DNA of 64,000 nt, from the NCBI GenBank assembly GCA_049517335.1, contig JBEKSD010000001.1, positions 32,001 to 96,000 on the forward strand, written 5' to 3'. This document shows positions 37,841 to 47,046 of this stretch, piece by piece; position 1 is the stretch's first letter; the number at the start of each line of letters is the position of its first letter. The position numbers were made by a program, and so were the translations under genes. The notes beneath the pieces are model-generated. The model made no database searches. It saw only the letters and a list, made by a program, of their open reading frames with translations, and was not told where the DNA came from. Source of the DNA: Candidatus Omnitrophota bacterium (GTDB taxonomy: Bacteria; Omnitrophota; Gorgyraeia; Gygaellales; Profunditerraquicolaceae).

Positions 37841-39740
37841 GGTTTTAGGCCCGCTTTTTAGGTCTTTACCAGTCGGTTTCTGCTATTTTTTCGGCAAGGC
37901 CTTGGGTTTTTTTATTTATCATCTTGACAGGCGGCACAGGGAGATAGCCTACGCCAATATCAAAGAAGCGCTTGGACTCAAATTTAAGCCAAATGAAATT
38001 TCCGGCATCACCAAAAGTTTCTATCAGTCTTTCGGCCAGAGCATAATTGAGCTCTTTCTTATTCCCCGTATTGATAAAAAATATTTGAAGAAGTATGTTG
38101 ACCTTGTGGGAGAAAAGAATATCCATAATGCGCTTAAGAAAGGCAGGGGGGTTATTTTGCTTGTGGTGCATGAATGCGGCTGGGAGCTTTCCAATATTGT
38201 CGCAGCTTCTTTAGGCGTTCCTTTCAATGTAATTGTCCGCGACCAGGGTTTACCCCGCTTAAACGGCCTGTTAAATGATTTCCGCCGCCAAAAAGGCGCC
38301 AAAGTGATAAGCAGAGGCGGGGAATTACGACAGCTGGTTTCGGCACTAAAAAATAACGAATCTGTGGCAATGACTTTGGATCAGGGAGGCTCAAGCGGTG
38401 AGTTGGTTAAGTTTTTCGGCAGGAACGCTTCAATATCTAGCGGGGCAATCAGGCTGGCTTTAAAATACGGCACAGAGGTCCTGCCGGTTTTCTTTGAGAG
38501 AACCAGGGGCGCTTATGCGCGGATAATTATAAATGCGTCGCTTAAGATAGAGAAGAGCGGGAATCCGGAAGAAGATTTGCATAATAATTTGCAGAAAGCC
38601 ATAAATATTTTTGAAGGACATATTGCCGCGCATCCTAAGGAGTACCTTTGGACTTATAAAATCTGGAAATATAGCGATTTAAAAAGGGTTTTGCTGCTTT
38701 CGGACGGGTTGCCCGGCCATTTACGCCAGGTGCAGGCGGCTGCAGAGATTATCAAAGAACTCCTTAAAGAAAAAGGGGCTCAAACCGAACTGCGCAGCGA
38801 GGTACTTGCTTTCCGGAATAAAGCCGCTAAAACCGCTTCTCTTTTAAGCAGTTGTTTTGCCTCAAAATTCAGCTGTCAAGGTTGTTCATTATGCCTGAAA
38901 AAATTACTCAAAAAAGGTAGCTACGACAGCTTAAGCCTTTATAAACCGGATATTGTGATTTCCTGTTCTTCTTCTGTATCTGGAATCAATTATATTATTG
39001 CCAAGATTAATATGGCTAAATCAATTGTAATCATGCGCCCCTCCTTATTAAACTTAAATAAGTTTGATTTAATCATTGCGCCTAAACATGATAACTTAGG
39101 CAGAAAAAAGAATGTTTTAGAAATAAACGGCGCTCTAAATTTGATTAACGAGGGATACCTTAAAACTCAAGGCAACCTGCTTAAAGAATACATCCCCGGC
39201 TATAACCCCAAAGCCATTTATATCGGCGTATTAATCGGAGGGGACAGCAAAAAATTTAAGCTCATTGAGGGAATGATGAGAGAACTTATTCTTGAATTAA
39301 AGAAAGCAGCAGATGAGTTTGATACCGGAATCCTGCTGACTACTTCGCGCAGGACGCCGGAGAAAATAGAAACACTCCTTAAGGATGAGTTTAAGGATTA
39401 TCCTCGCGCCAAACTGCTGGTCATTGCCAATGAAAATAATATCCCGCAGACTGTAGGAGGGATTTTAAGCTTAAGCAGCGTCATCGTAACCAGCCCAGAG
39501 AGTATCTCAATGGTTTCAGAAGCTGCAAGCAGCGGAAAACCAACCATCGTTTTTAACATGCCCAGACTTTCTAAAAAGCATAAGACTTTCCTTCAGAATC
39601 TTTCTCAGGATAGGTTCATTTGCTTGATTAAAATTAATGAAGTGGCCGGGAACATAAAAACCCTATTAACACCGGGAAATAAGCTTAATAAGCTTGACGA
39701 CGCTATCCTGGTAAAGGAAGCGTTAAGGAAAATACTATGA
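37794..39740 (+). CDS. Lipid A late acyltransferase (LpxL/HtrB-like) fused to ELM1/GtrOC1-like domain
   Basis: HECGWE, DQ, VKFFG, P.EYLW..K.WK; C-terminal SDGLPGH, TTSRRTP, SISMVSEAASSGKP. Confidence 0.82.
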   Translation: MKKNSSADYSAFILLKVLGPLFRSLPVGFCYFFGKALGFFIYHLDRRHREIAYANIKEALGLKFKPNEISGITKSFYQSFGQSIIELFLIPRIDKKYLKKYVDLVGEKNIHNALKKGRGVILLVVHECGWELSNIVAASLGVPFNVIVRDQGLPRLNGLLNDFRRQKGAKVISRGGELRQLVSALKNNESVAMTLDQGGSSGELVKFFGRNASISSGAIRLALKYGTEVLPVFFERTRGAYARIIINASLKIEKSGNPEEDLHNNLQKAINIFEGHIAAHPKEYLWTYKIWKYSDLKRVLLLSDGLPGHLRQVQAAAEIIKELLKEKGAQTELRSEVLAFRNKAAKTASLLSSCFASKFSCQGCSLCLKKLLKKGSYDSLSLYKPDIVISCSSSVSGINYIIAKINMAKSIVIMRPSLLNLNKFDLIIAPKHDNLGRKKNVLEINGALNLINEGYLKTQGNLLKEYIPGYNPKAIYIGVLIGGDSKKFKLIEGMMRELILELKKAADEFDTGILLTTSRRTPEKIETLLKDEFKDYPRAKLLVIANENNIPQTVGGILSLSSVIVTSPESISMVSEAASSGKPTIVFNMPRLSKKHKTFLQNLSQDRFICLIKINEVAGNIKTLLTPGNKLNKLDDAILVKEALRKIL

Positions 39741-41830
39741 ATGTTTTACAGGTATTGCCCCAATTAAATGTAGGCGGCGTTGAGACAGGTACGCTTGACT
39801 TTGCCAGATATCTGGTTAAGGGAGGGCACAAAGCTGTAGTGGTTTCAGCAGGAGGAGCCCTGGTAGGAGAACTGGAATCTTCCGGGGCTGTTCACTATCA
39901 GTTGCCGGTGGAAAGGAAATCATTAGTTAAAATGCTAAAAGCTGTTCCGGCTCTGGTTGAGATAATTAAAAAAGAAAAAATTGACATCGTCCATGCGCGT
40001 TCCCGCGTGCCTGCCTGGATAGCTTATTTTGCCTGCCGCCGCACCAACGCTGTTTTTATCACTACCTGTCACGGTTATTATAGGAAACATTTTTTCAGCT
40101 CGGTAATGGGATGGGGTAAGCGGGTAATCGTTTTAAGTAACATTATCGGCAGGCACATGATTGAGGATTTTTCCGTCCCATATGAGCGCATAAGGTTGGT
40201 TCCCCGCAGCGTGGATTTGGAGAAGTTTAAATATATAAGCCCTGACACAAAGAGAAAAGATGAGTTCAATATCGGCATAATCGGCAGGATCACGCCTTTA
40301 AAAGGACACCTGCATTTTATAAAAGCGATGGCCAAAGTTTACCGCGTAATTCCGCGCTTGAAAATCTGGATTGTCGGAGAGGCACCGGTTTCCAAACAGG
40401 TATATAAAGAGCAGGTCCAGCTTTTAGTCAGGAGGCTGGGCTTAAGCCATTGCACCGAATTCTTAGGTACGCAAAGAGATATACCCGGTATCTTAGCTAA
40501 CCTTGACCTGCTGGTCTTAGCGACAACCACCCATGAGGCCTTCGGCAGGGTAATCCTGGAAGCGCATGCTTCAGGAGTGCCGGTTGTAGCGACAAAAGTC
40601 GGCGGGGTGGTGGATATTATTGACGACGGCTTAACCGGCCTGCTGGTTAACCCCGCAGACCCCGGCAGTATGGCTGAGGCAGCACTTAAGATATTCAAGG
40701 ATAAGCAGCTGGCCCGCTCGCTCGCTGAGAACGCTTACAGGAAAGTAAAAGAAAAATACAATGTTGAGCTTATGGTTAAAAATACGCTTGATGTCTACCA
40801 TGATGCGCTGAACAATTTTAAAATCCTGATCATTAAACTAAGTTCTTTAGGCGATATCATCCTTTCAACTGCCGCGATAAGGGCTATAAGAGAGAAATTC
40901 GGGCAGCATTATAAAATCAGTTTTCTTATCGGGGAAGAATCAAAGGATGCGCTTTTAAGGTGTCCTTATATTGACGAATTATTGGTCGCGGATTTTCAGG
41001 GTAAAGACAGAGGGTTTAAGGGCCTACTCAAGATGGTCGCGGATTTAAAAAAGAAGTGTTTTGATATAGTTATTGATTTGCAGAATAACAGGAAGAGTCA
41101 TATCTTGTCATATCTTTCTTTGGCGCTTAAACGCTACGGGTACGATAATAAGAAGTTCGGATTTCTCTTGAATTACCGCATTAAAGACGCTAAGGCGCCT
41201 ATTGACCCGGTTACGCATCAGTTCAGGATTTTAAAAATGCTGGGGATAGATTTAAAAGATAACCGGCTTGAACTCTGGCCGTCTAAAGAAGACGAGGAGC
41301 ACGTTGAAAGTTTCCTGAATACCCAGTGGTTAAGCCCGAACCAGAAATTAGTGGGAATCAATATTTCAGCCAGCCCGCGCTGGCTTACTAAGAGCTGGCC
41401 GGAAAAACATATAGTAAAACTCTGCGAGGAACTGGGTTTTAAGGATATGCGCGTTGTCCTTACCGGCACGGAAAAAGATATCCCTTACGCAGAGTCGTTA
41501 ACCAACAGCGTTAAGAATACTAAATTAATAAACGCCTGCGGCACGACTTCGGTGAACCAACTGGCATGCCTGATTAAAAGGTGTGGCGTATATATTTCAG
41601 CGGATTCTTCTCCGTTGCATATCGCCTCAAGTGTCGGCACGCCTTTTATCGCCCTGTTCGGTCCGACTGACCCGCGAAGACATCTGCCGCCCTCCGCAAA
41701 TAATTATATTTTAATAAAAAAGGATATATCCTGCAGCCCGTGTTATAAGCCTGAATGCAGAAGCAAGAGGTGCCTAGAGCTGATAACCCCGCAGGAAGTA
41801 TTGGAAGCAGTAGAAAAACTAATAAAGTGA
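39737..41830 (+). CDS. GT4-GT9 glycosyltransferase fusion
   Basis: GGVE, HARSR, EAFGRVILEA (GT4); SSLGDII, KSWP, DSSPLHIA, LFGPT (GT9). Confidence 0.9.
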   Translation: MNVLQVLPQLNVGGVETGTLDFARYLVKGGHKAVVVSAGGALVGELESSGAVHYQLPVERKSLVKMLKAVPALVEIIKKEKIDIVHARSRVPAWIAYFACRRTNAVFITTCHGYYRKHFFSSVMGWGKRVIVLSNIIGRHMIEDFSVPYERIRLVPRSVDLEKFKYISPDTKRKDEFNIGIIGRITPLKGHLHFIKAMAKVYRVIPRLKIWIVGEAPVSKQVYKEQVQLLVRRLGLSHCTEFLGTQRDIPGILANLDLLVLATTTHEAFGRVILEAHASGVPVVATKVGGVVDIIDDGLTGLLVNPADPGSMAEAALKIFKDKQLARSLAENAYRKVKEKYNVELMVKNTLDVYHDALNNFKILIIKLSSLGDIILSTAAIRAIREKFGQHYKISFLIGEESKDALLRCPYIDELLVADFQGKDRGFKGLLKMVADLKKKCFDIVIDLQNNRKSHILSYLSLALKRYGYDNKKFGFLLNYRIKDAKAPIDPVTHQFRILKMLGIDLKDNRLELWPSKEDEEHVESFLNTQWLSPNQKLVGINISASPRWLTKSWPEKHIVKLCEELGFKDMRVVLTGTEKDIPYAESLTNSVKNTKLINACGTTSVNQLACLIKRCGVYISADSSPLHIASSVGTPFIALFGPTDPRRHLPPSANNYILIKKDISCSPCYKPECRSKRCLELITPQEVLEAVEKLIK

Positions 41831-42891
41831 ACATTTTATATTTAGCCAACCATTTAAATACCGGTGGCATCACCAGTTATTTATTCAGCCTTGCTTCGGG
41901 GATGAAGAAGAAAGGCCACAATGTCTTTATAGCGTCGCACTCAGGGGAGAGCCTTGATAAATTCTTAAAGCTCGGCGTAAACTTTATTGAAATTCCGATT
42001 AAGACCAAAAAGGAAATAAGCCCGAGCGTTATTTTTAGTTACCTTAAGCTAAGGAATAAATTAAAAAAGAACAAAATAGACATTGTGCATTCTAACAGCC
42101 GCACCACGCAGGTATTGGGATGCCTTTTAAATAAATTTGAAAACATTGCGCACGTGTCAACCTGTCACGGTTATTTTAAAAGAAGGCCGCTGCGTCTAAT
42201 CTTTCCCTGCTGGGGAATGAAGGTCATCGCTATAAGCGAGCAGGTGAAAGAGCACCTTATGCATGATTTCAAACTGGATGAAGGCTGTATCAGGGTAATC
42301 AATAACGGAATAGACATAGATAGGTTTAGAATTAAAAAGGGCCTGGCTTACAGGGACGGCCCGGTAGTGGGCATAATCGCGCGGCTTTCCGATGTAAAAG
42401 GGCATATCTACTTAATCCGGGCAATGAAAATAGTTCTGGAGAAATTCCCTTCGGCAAAGCTGCTTGTTGTCGGAGAAGGAAAGATGTATAATATATTGCT
42501 AAGGTTAGTGGAAGAGCTGAATATTGAGAAGCATGTTGAATTTATCATGCGCACAGAAGATACAAGGATAGAATTAGCTGCAATGGATGTCTTTGTCATG
42601 CCGTCGTTAAAAGAAGGGTTAGGATTGGCGCTTATGGAAGCGATGACCAGCGCTAAGGCGGTTGTGGGAACCGATGTCGGTGGGATTAAAAGCCTGATTA
42701 AGGATAAGGTAAACGGTTTACTGGTTAAGCCGGCTGACCCGGAAGGTTTAGCCGGCGCAATTAGCGAACTGTTGAGTAATCCTACACAGGCTGAAACTTA
42801 TGCTCAGGCAGCGGCAAGGTTTATCGCAGAAAACTTCCCGCTTGATAAAATGGTTAATCAGACCGAGAAGGTCTATTTGGAATGCGTATAA
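41827..42891 (+). CDS. GT4 glycosyltransferase
   Basis: GTG start overlapping upstream stop; KGH, EGLGLALMEAM. Confidence 0.9.
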   Translation: MNILYLANHLNTGGITSYLFSLASGMKKKGHNVFIASHSGESLDKFLKLGVNFIEIPIKTKKEISPSVIFSYLKLRNKLKKNKIDIVHSNSRTTQVLGCLLNKFENIAHVSTCHGYFKRRPLRLIFPCWGMKVIAISEQVKEHLMHDFKLDEGCIRVINNGIDIDRFRIKKGLAYRDGPVVGIIARLSDVKGHIYLIRAMKIVLEKFPSAKLLVVGEGKMYNILLRLVEELNIEKHVEFIMRTEDTRIELAAMDVFVMPSLKEGLGLALMEAMTSAKAVVGTDVGGIKSLIKDKVNGLLVKPADPEGLAGAISELLSNPTQAETYAQAAARFIAENFPLDKMVNQTEKVYLECV

Positions 42892-42913
42892 AGTACCGCT
42901 AAGGATAAAAAGA

Positions 42914-43942
42914 ATGGAAGTAACTAAGCGCATACTCATTTTTAATGTCAATTGGCTCGGCGATGTTTTATTTTCTACTGCCGCAATAAGGAATATCCGC
43001 AGGAATTTCTCCTCAAGCTATATTGCCTGCGTTATCCCCAGCCGCTGTTATCCGGTATTAAAAGACAACCCGCATTTGGATGAAATCATCATATTTGATG
43101 AGAAAGATCGGCATAAGAGCATCTTTTCCCGCCTTGATTTCATAAAAATACTCAAAGCAAAGAAGTTTGATACGGTATTCCTGTTGCACCGGTCGCTCAC
43201 CCGCGCGCTTATTTGTCGCCTTGCCGGCATACCGAAAAGGATAGGCTATTACACGAAAAAACGCGGCTTTCTGCTTACAAAAAAGATAACTATGCCTAAA
43301 ATAAATACTCTTCACCGCATTGATTATTACCTGAATATTATAGAAAAAGCGGGTCTTAAGGTGGAAGACAGGTATACGGAATTTTTTATTACCCATGAAG
43401 ATGAAGAATCGGTGGACGCCTTCCTGAAGAAGAATTCGATAGGAAAAGGTGATTTTATTGCGGTTTTAAACCCTGGAGGGAATTGGGGCCCTAAGAGATG
43501 GCCTAAGGAATATTGGAGCGAGCTTGCCAATATGCTCTCCAACGGCTTTAAAGCGAAAGTAATCTTAAGCGGAGCGCAAAATGATTTGAATTTAGCCAAC
43601 CAGATTAAGATGGCGATGAAGGAAAGGCCGATAATTGCCTGCGGCGTCCTGAATCTGAAGCAGCTGGCCGCACTTGCCAAAAGAGCCGGACTTTTTATCA
43701 CCGGCGATACCGGGCCGCTGCATATTGCCAATGCGGTCGGAGCAAAAAGGATCATTGCTTTATTCGGGCCGACAGACCCGTTTCTGACCGGCCCGTTTCC
43801 CGCAAATAACGTAATTGTCATCCGCAAAGACGTAAATTGTAAAATCCCCTGTTACCAGGTAAACTGTAAAGACAATCGCTGCATGAAAGCGATAACCCCC
43901 AAAGACGTAATTAGTGAAGTTAATAAAATACTCCATAAATAA
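42914..43942 (+). CDS. GT9 LPS heptosyltransferase (WaaF-like)
   Basis: NWLGDV, KRWP, DTGPLHIA, LFGPT. Confidence 0.9.
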   Translation: MEVTKRILIFNVNWLGDVLFSTAAIRNIRRNFSSSYIACVIPSRCYPVLKDNPHLDEIIIFDEKDRHKSIFSRLDFIKILKAKKFDTVFLLHRSLTRALICRLAGIPKRIGYYTKKRGFLLTKKITMPKINTLHRIDYYLNIIEKAGLKVEDRYTEFFITHEDEESVDAFLKKNSIGKGDFIAVLNPGGNWGPKRWPKEYWSELANMLSNGFKAKVILSGAQNDLNLANQIKMAMKERPIIACGVLNLKQLAALAKRAGLFITGDTGPLHIANAVGAKRIIALFGPTDPFLTGPFPANNVIVIRKDVNCKIPCYQVNCKDNRCMKAITPKDVISEVNKILHK

Positions 43943-43944
43943 TA

Positions 43945-45978
43945 ATGGACAGAAAAATAAGTAGGATTTTATTTATTACTTTAAGTAATATCGGCGATTG
44001 CATTATGACTTTACCTACTCTGGATATGCTTATTTCCCGTTATCCTCAGGCTCAAATTACGGTGATGTCCGGTCCGCGTACAAAAGAAATATTTGAAAAT
44101 AACCCCAATATTCATAAATTTATTCTCTACGATAAACATTCCACGCTAAAAGAGAATATCAAACAGCTCAATGAATTAAAAAAGGAAAATTTTGATTTGG
44201 TCGTAGATTTGCGCAATACTTTCTTCGGCGTATTTTTGCCGACTCATATCAAAACGTCTCCGTTTTTGTTTATCCCCAAAGAAATAAGGCACATGCGGGA
44301 CAGGCATCTTTATCAGCTCGGGGCCCGGGCTGCGGAGCTCAAGGCTAAAACTGAAGCGAAGTCGTTATATATAAGCCGTAAAGACCAAGAGTATGTAGAA
44401 AATTTATTTAAGGAAAACGGCATTCTTCCGGAGAGCAGGATAGCGGCGGTTGCTCCGGGAACACGCAGCCATATAAAAAGATGGCAAAAAGAGAAGTTTG
44501 CGGAGCTTATTTCTTCATTAGGTAAAGAATTCGGCCTTAAGATAATTCTCATTGGCGATAAGGAAGATTCAGAGGTTGCCAGGTTCATCAAAGATAATAC
44601 AGGCGCAGGAATAATTGATTTTACTTCTCGGACCACAATTACGCAGCTGGCCTGTCTTTTGAAGAAGGCTGAACTTTTGATTACCGGGGACAGTGGGGTA
44701 ATGCATTTGGCGAGTTATTTAAATGTCCCGGTAGCAGCGGTATTTGGGCCGACGGATGAAGAAAAATACGGGCCATGGTCAAAGGTAGCTTCAGTGATAA
44801 AAAAAGATATTTTCTGCCGGCCGTGCAGCAAGGCGCAATGTAAATTCGGCACCCTTGATTGCATGCGCGTAATAAAAACAACGGATGTCTTTTTGGCAGT
44901 AAAGGACATTTTGAACCCACGGACCTACGGACCCACGGACCCACGAATTAATGTTTTTAAGCGTATTCTAATCGTGCGTACCGATAGAATGGGCGATGTG
45001 CTTTTATCAACTCCTGTAATTAGGGTCCTGCGCCGGAACTTCCCGAATAGCTATCTTGCGATGATGGTTTCAGCCAGTACCAAAGATATCGTGGAAGGCA
45101 ACCCTTACTTGGATGAGGTGATTATTTATGATAAGGACGGAAGGCATAAAGGCTGGCAGCAGACCTTTAGATTCGCAAGAAACTTAAAAAAGAAGCGTTT
45201 TGATTTAGCGATAATATTGCATCCGACTAACAGGGTGCATCTGGTAACTTACTTGGCGGCTATACCGCGGCGCATAGGCTATGACAGGAAATTAAGTTTT
45301 TTACTTACAGATAGGATTCCACATACCAAGCAGTCAGGGCTAAAGCATGAATTAGAATACAATCTGGATCTGTTAAAATATCTGGGCATTGAAGCAGAAG
45401 ATAAAGAGTTATTTATGCCGGTTAAAAATGAATCGGAAAAAACTGTTGAAAAGATATTTGCGAGCTCCGGGATCAGAAAAACAGATAAAATACTTGCGAT
45501 ACATCCTTCTGCCAGCTGTCCGTCAAAGGTCTGGCCTGCGGATAGATTTGCGCAGGTTGCCGATATATTAGCGCAGGAACACGGTTTTAAAATTGTGGCT
45601 GTTTCGGGCCCGAAAGATATTGCCAGGACAGAGGATGTAATCAATAGGATGCATTGCGCGGTCATAGATTTAGCGGGGAAGGTTTCCGTCAGCCAGCTGG
45701 CGAGCGTGTTTAAAAGGTGCGCTCTTTTCATATCTAATGATTCCGGGCCGGTGCACATGGCTGCAGCTTTAGGTATTCCGGTTATCTCTATTTTCGGCAG
45801 GGCACAGGCGGGGTTAAGCCCGAAACGCTGGGCTCCGATGGGAAAAGCAGCAAGGGTTTTGCATAAACAGGTTGGCTGTATTGAGTGCCTGGCGCATAAC
45901 TGCCAAAAAGGGTTCGCCTGCCTTAAGGCAATCACCGTCGAAGAAGTCGTCTCTGCCGCCGAATCGCTTTTATCGTAG
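43945..45978 (+). CDS. Tandem GT9-GT9 heptosyltransferase-like protein
   Basis: Two complete GT9 motif sets (NIGD..DSGVMH..FGPT; RMGD..DSGPVH..FG). Confidence 0.9.
   Translation: MDRKISRILFITLSNIGDCIMTLPTLDMLISRYPQAQITVMSGPRTKEIFENNPNIHKFILYDKHSTLKENIKQLNELKKENFDLVVDLRNTFFGVFLPTHIKTSPFLFIPKEIRHMRDRHLYQLGARAAELKAKTEAKSLYISRKDQEYVENLFKENGILPESRIAAVAPGTRSHIKRWQKEKFAELISSLGKEFGLKIILIGDKEDSEVARFIKDNTGAGIIDFTSRTTITQLACLLKKAELLITGDSGVMHLASYLNVPVAAVFGPTDEEKYGPWSKVASVIKKDIFCRPCSKAQCKFGTLDCMRVIKTTDVFLAVKDILNPRTYGPTDPRINVFKRILIVRTDRMGDVLLSTPVIRVLRRNFPNSYLAMMVSASTKDIVEGNPYLDEVIIYDKDGRHKGWQQTFRFARNLKKKRFDLAIILHPTNRVHLVTYLAAIPRRIGYDRKLSFLLTDRIPHTKQSGLKHELEYNLDLLKYLGIEAEDKELFMPVKNESEKTVEKIFASSGIRKTDKILAIHPSASCPSKVWPADRFAQVADILAQEHGFKIVAVSGPKDIARTEDVINRMHCAVIDLAGKVSVSQLASVFKRCALFISNDSGPVHMAAALGIPVISIFGRAQAGLSPKRWAPMGKAARVLHKQVGCIECLAHNCQKGFACLKAITVEEVVSAAESLLS
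44915..44946 (+). repeat. 4 x 8-bp tandem repeat in GT9-GT9 linker
   Basis: ACCCACGG-ACCTACGG-ACCCACGG-ACCCACGA, encoding NPRTYGPTDPR. Confidence 0.9.
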
Positions 45979-46077
45979 TATCTATATTTCTTTTTTAATA
46001 TTTATTCAAGCGCCTGAGCTGATTTGTGATAGGGCATAAGCTAAAAATTTTTAATACGATTTTCCTGAGGTTTTTGG

Positions 46078-46105
46078 TTGATTTAGTCTGATTTTGTGTT
46101 ATAAT
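46078..46105 (+). promoter_or_regulatory. Sigma70-like promoter with extended -10
   Basis: TTGATT-16 nt-TATAAT with TG at the extended position, 11 nt upstream of ATG 46117. Confidence 0.6.
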
Positions 46106-46116
46106 CACTACTTCCT

Positions 46117-47046
46117 ATGATTAATATTAATAAGGTAAGAAGGTACCCGGTTAAGGCCCGTTTTAGCAAAGTTAATCTGGCTGATTTTGCCAAGCCGCCT
46201 GCGCGTAAGCGCAGTTTTGCTAAATTCTTTGATTCCCTACCTAATATATTAAAGGCCAAGGAGATACGCGATATTACCGCTGCAATAGTAAGGGCAAAAA
46301 GAAAGAAGAAGCCGGTAATTTTCATGGCTGGGGCGCATGTGATTAAATGTGGTCTTAACCCGGTATTGATCGAACTGATAAAGAAGAAAGTGATTACCTG
46401 CATATGCTTAAATGGCGCGGGGATAATTCATGATTTTGAGTTGGCTTTTCAGGGAAAAACTTCCGAGGATGTGTCTGAGAACCTAAAGGATGGAAGTTTC
46501 GGGATGGGCAAAGAAACCGCGGATTTCCTTAATAACGCGGCCAAGGAAGGCGTTAGTGAAGGGTTAGGGTTGGGTTATGCAGTGGCAAAAAAGATAAGTG
46601 AAGCAAAGCTTAAGTATAAAGAATTGAGCTTGCTTTATAATGCCTATAAGTACAGAGTGCCGGTTTGTGTCTTCGTCGCCATAGGTACGGACATCATCCA
46701 TCAGCATCCTTCGTTTAACGCTTCCCTTACTGCCGAAGGCTCTATAAGGGATTTTTATCTTTTGACTGAGAATATCGGTAATTTAAACTCCGGTGGAGTA
46801 GTATTAAATTTCGGCTCCGCGGTGATTATGCCGGAAGTTTTCCTAAAAGGCCTTAATTTATCGCGGAATTTAGGCGCGCAGGTGAAGGATTTCGTTACCG
46901 CGAATTTTGATATGATTTACCATTACCGTCCGAGTCAGAATGTATGCCTCCGGCCGGTCTCTTCCGGTGGAAAAGGCTATTATGTAATCGGCCACCACGA
47001 AATAATGCTTCCGTTGCTTGCGCAGGCAGTGATTGAAAAATTATGA
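46117..47046 (+). CDS. Uncharacterised deoxyhypusine-synthase-like fold protein
   Basis: GAHVIKCG, NGAGIIHDFE, GTDIIH, GSAVIMPEVFLK, GHHEIMLP. Confidence 0.65.
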   Translation: MININKVRRYPVKARFSKVNLADFAKPPARKRSFAKFFDSLPNILKAKEIRDITAAIVRAKRKKKPVIFMAGAHVIKCGLNPVLIELIKKKVITCICLNGAGIIHDFELAFQGKTSEDVSENLKDGSFGMGKETADFLNNAAKEGVSEGLGLGYAVAKKISEAKLKYKELSLLYNAYKYRVPVCVFVAIGTDIIHQHPSFNASLTAEGSIRDFYLLTENIGNLNSGGVVLNFGSAVIMPEVFLKGLNLSRNLGAQVKDFVTANFDMIYHYRPSQNVCLRPVSSGGKGYYVIGHHEIMLPLLAQAVIEKL

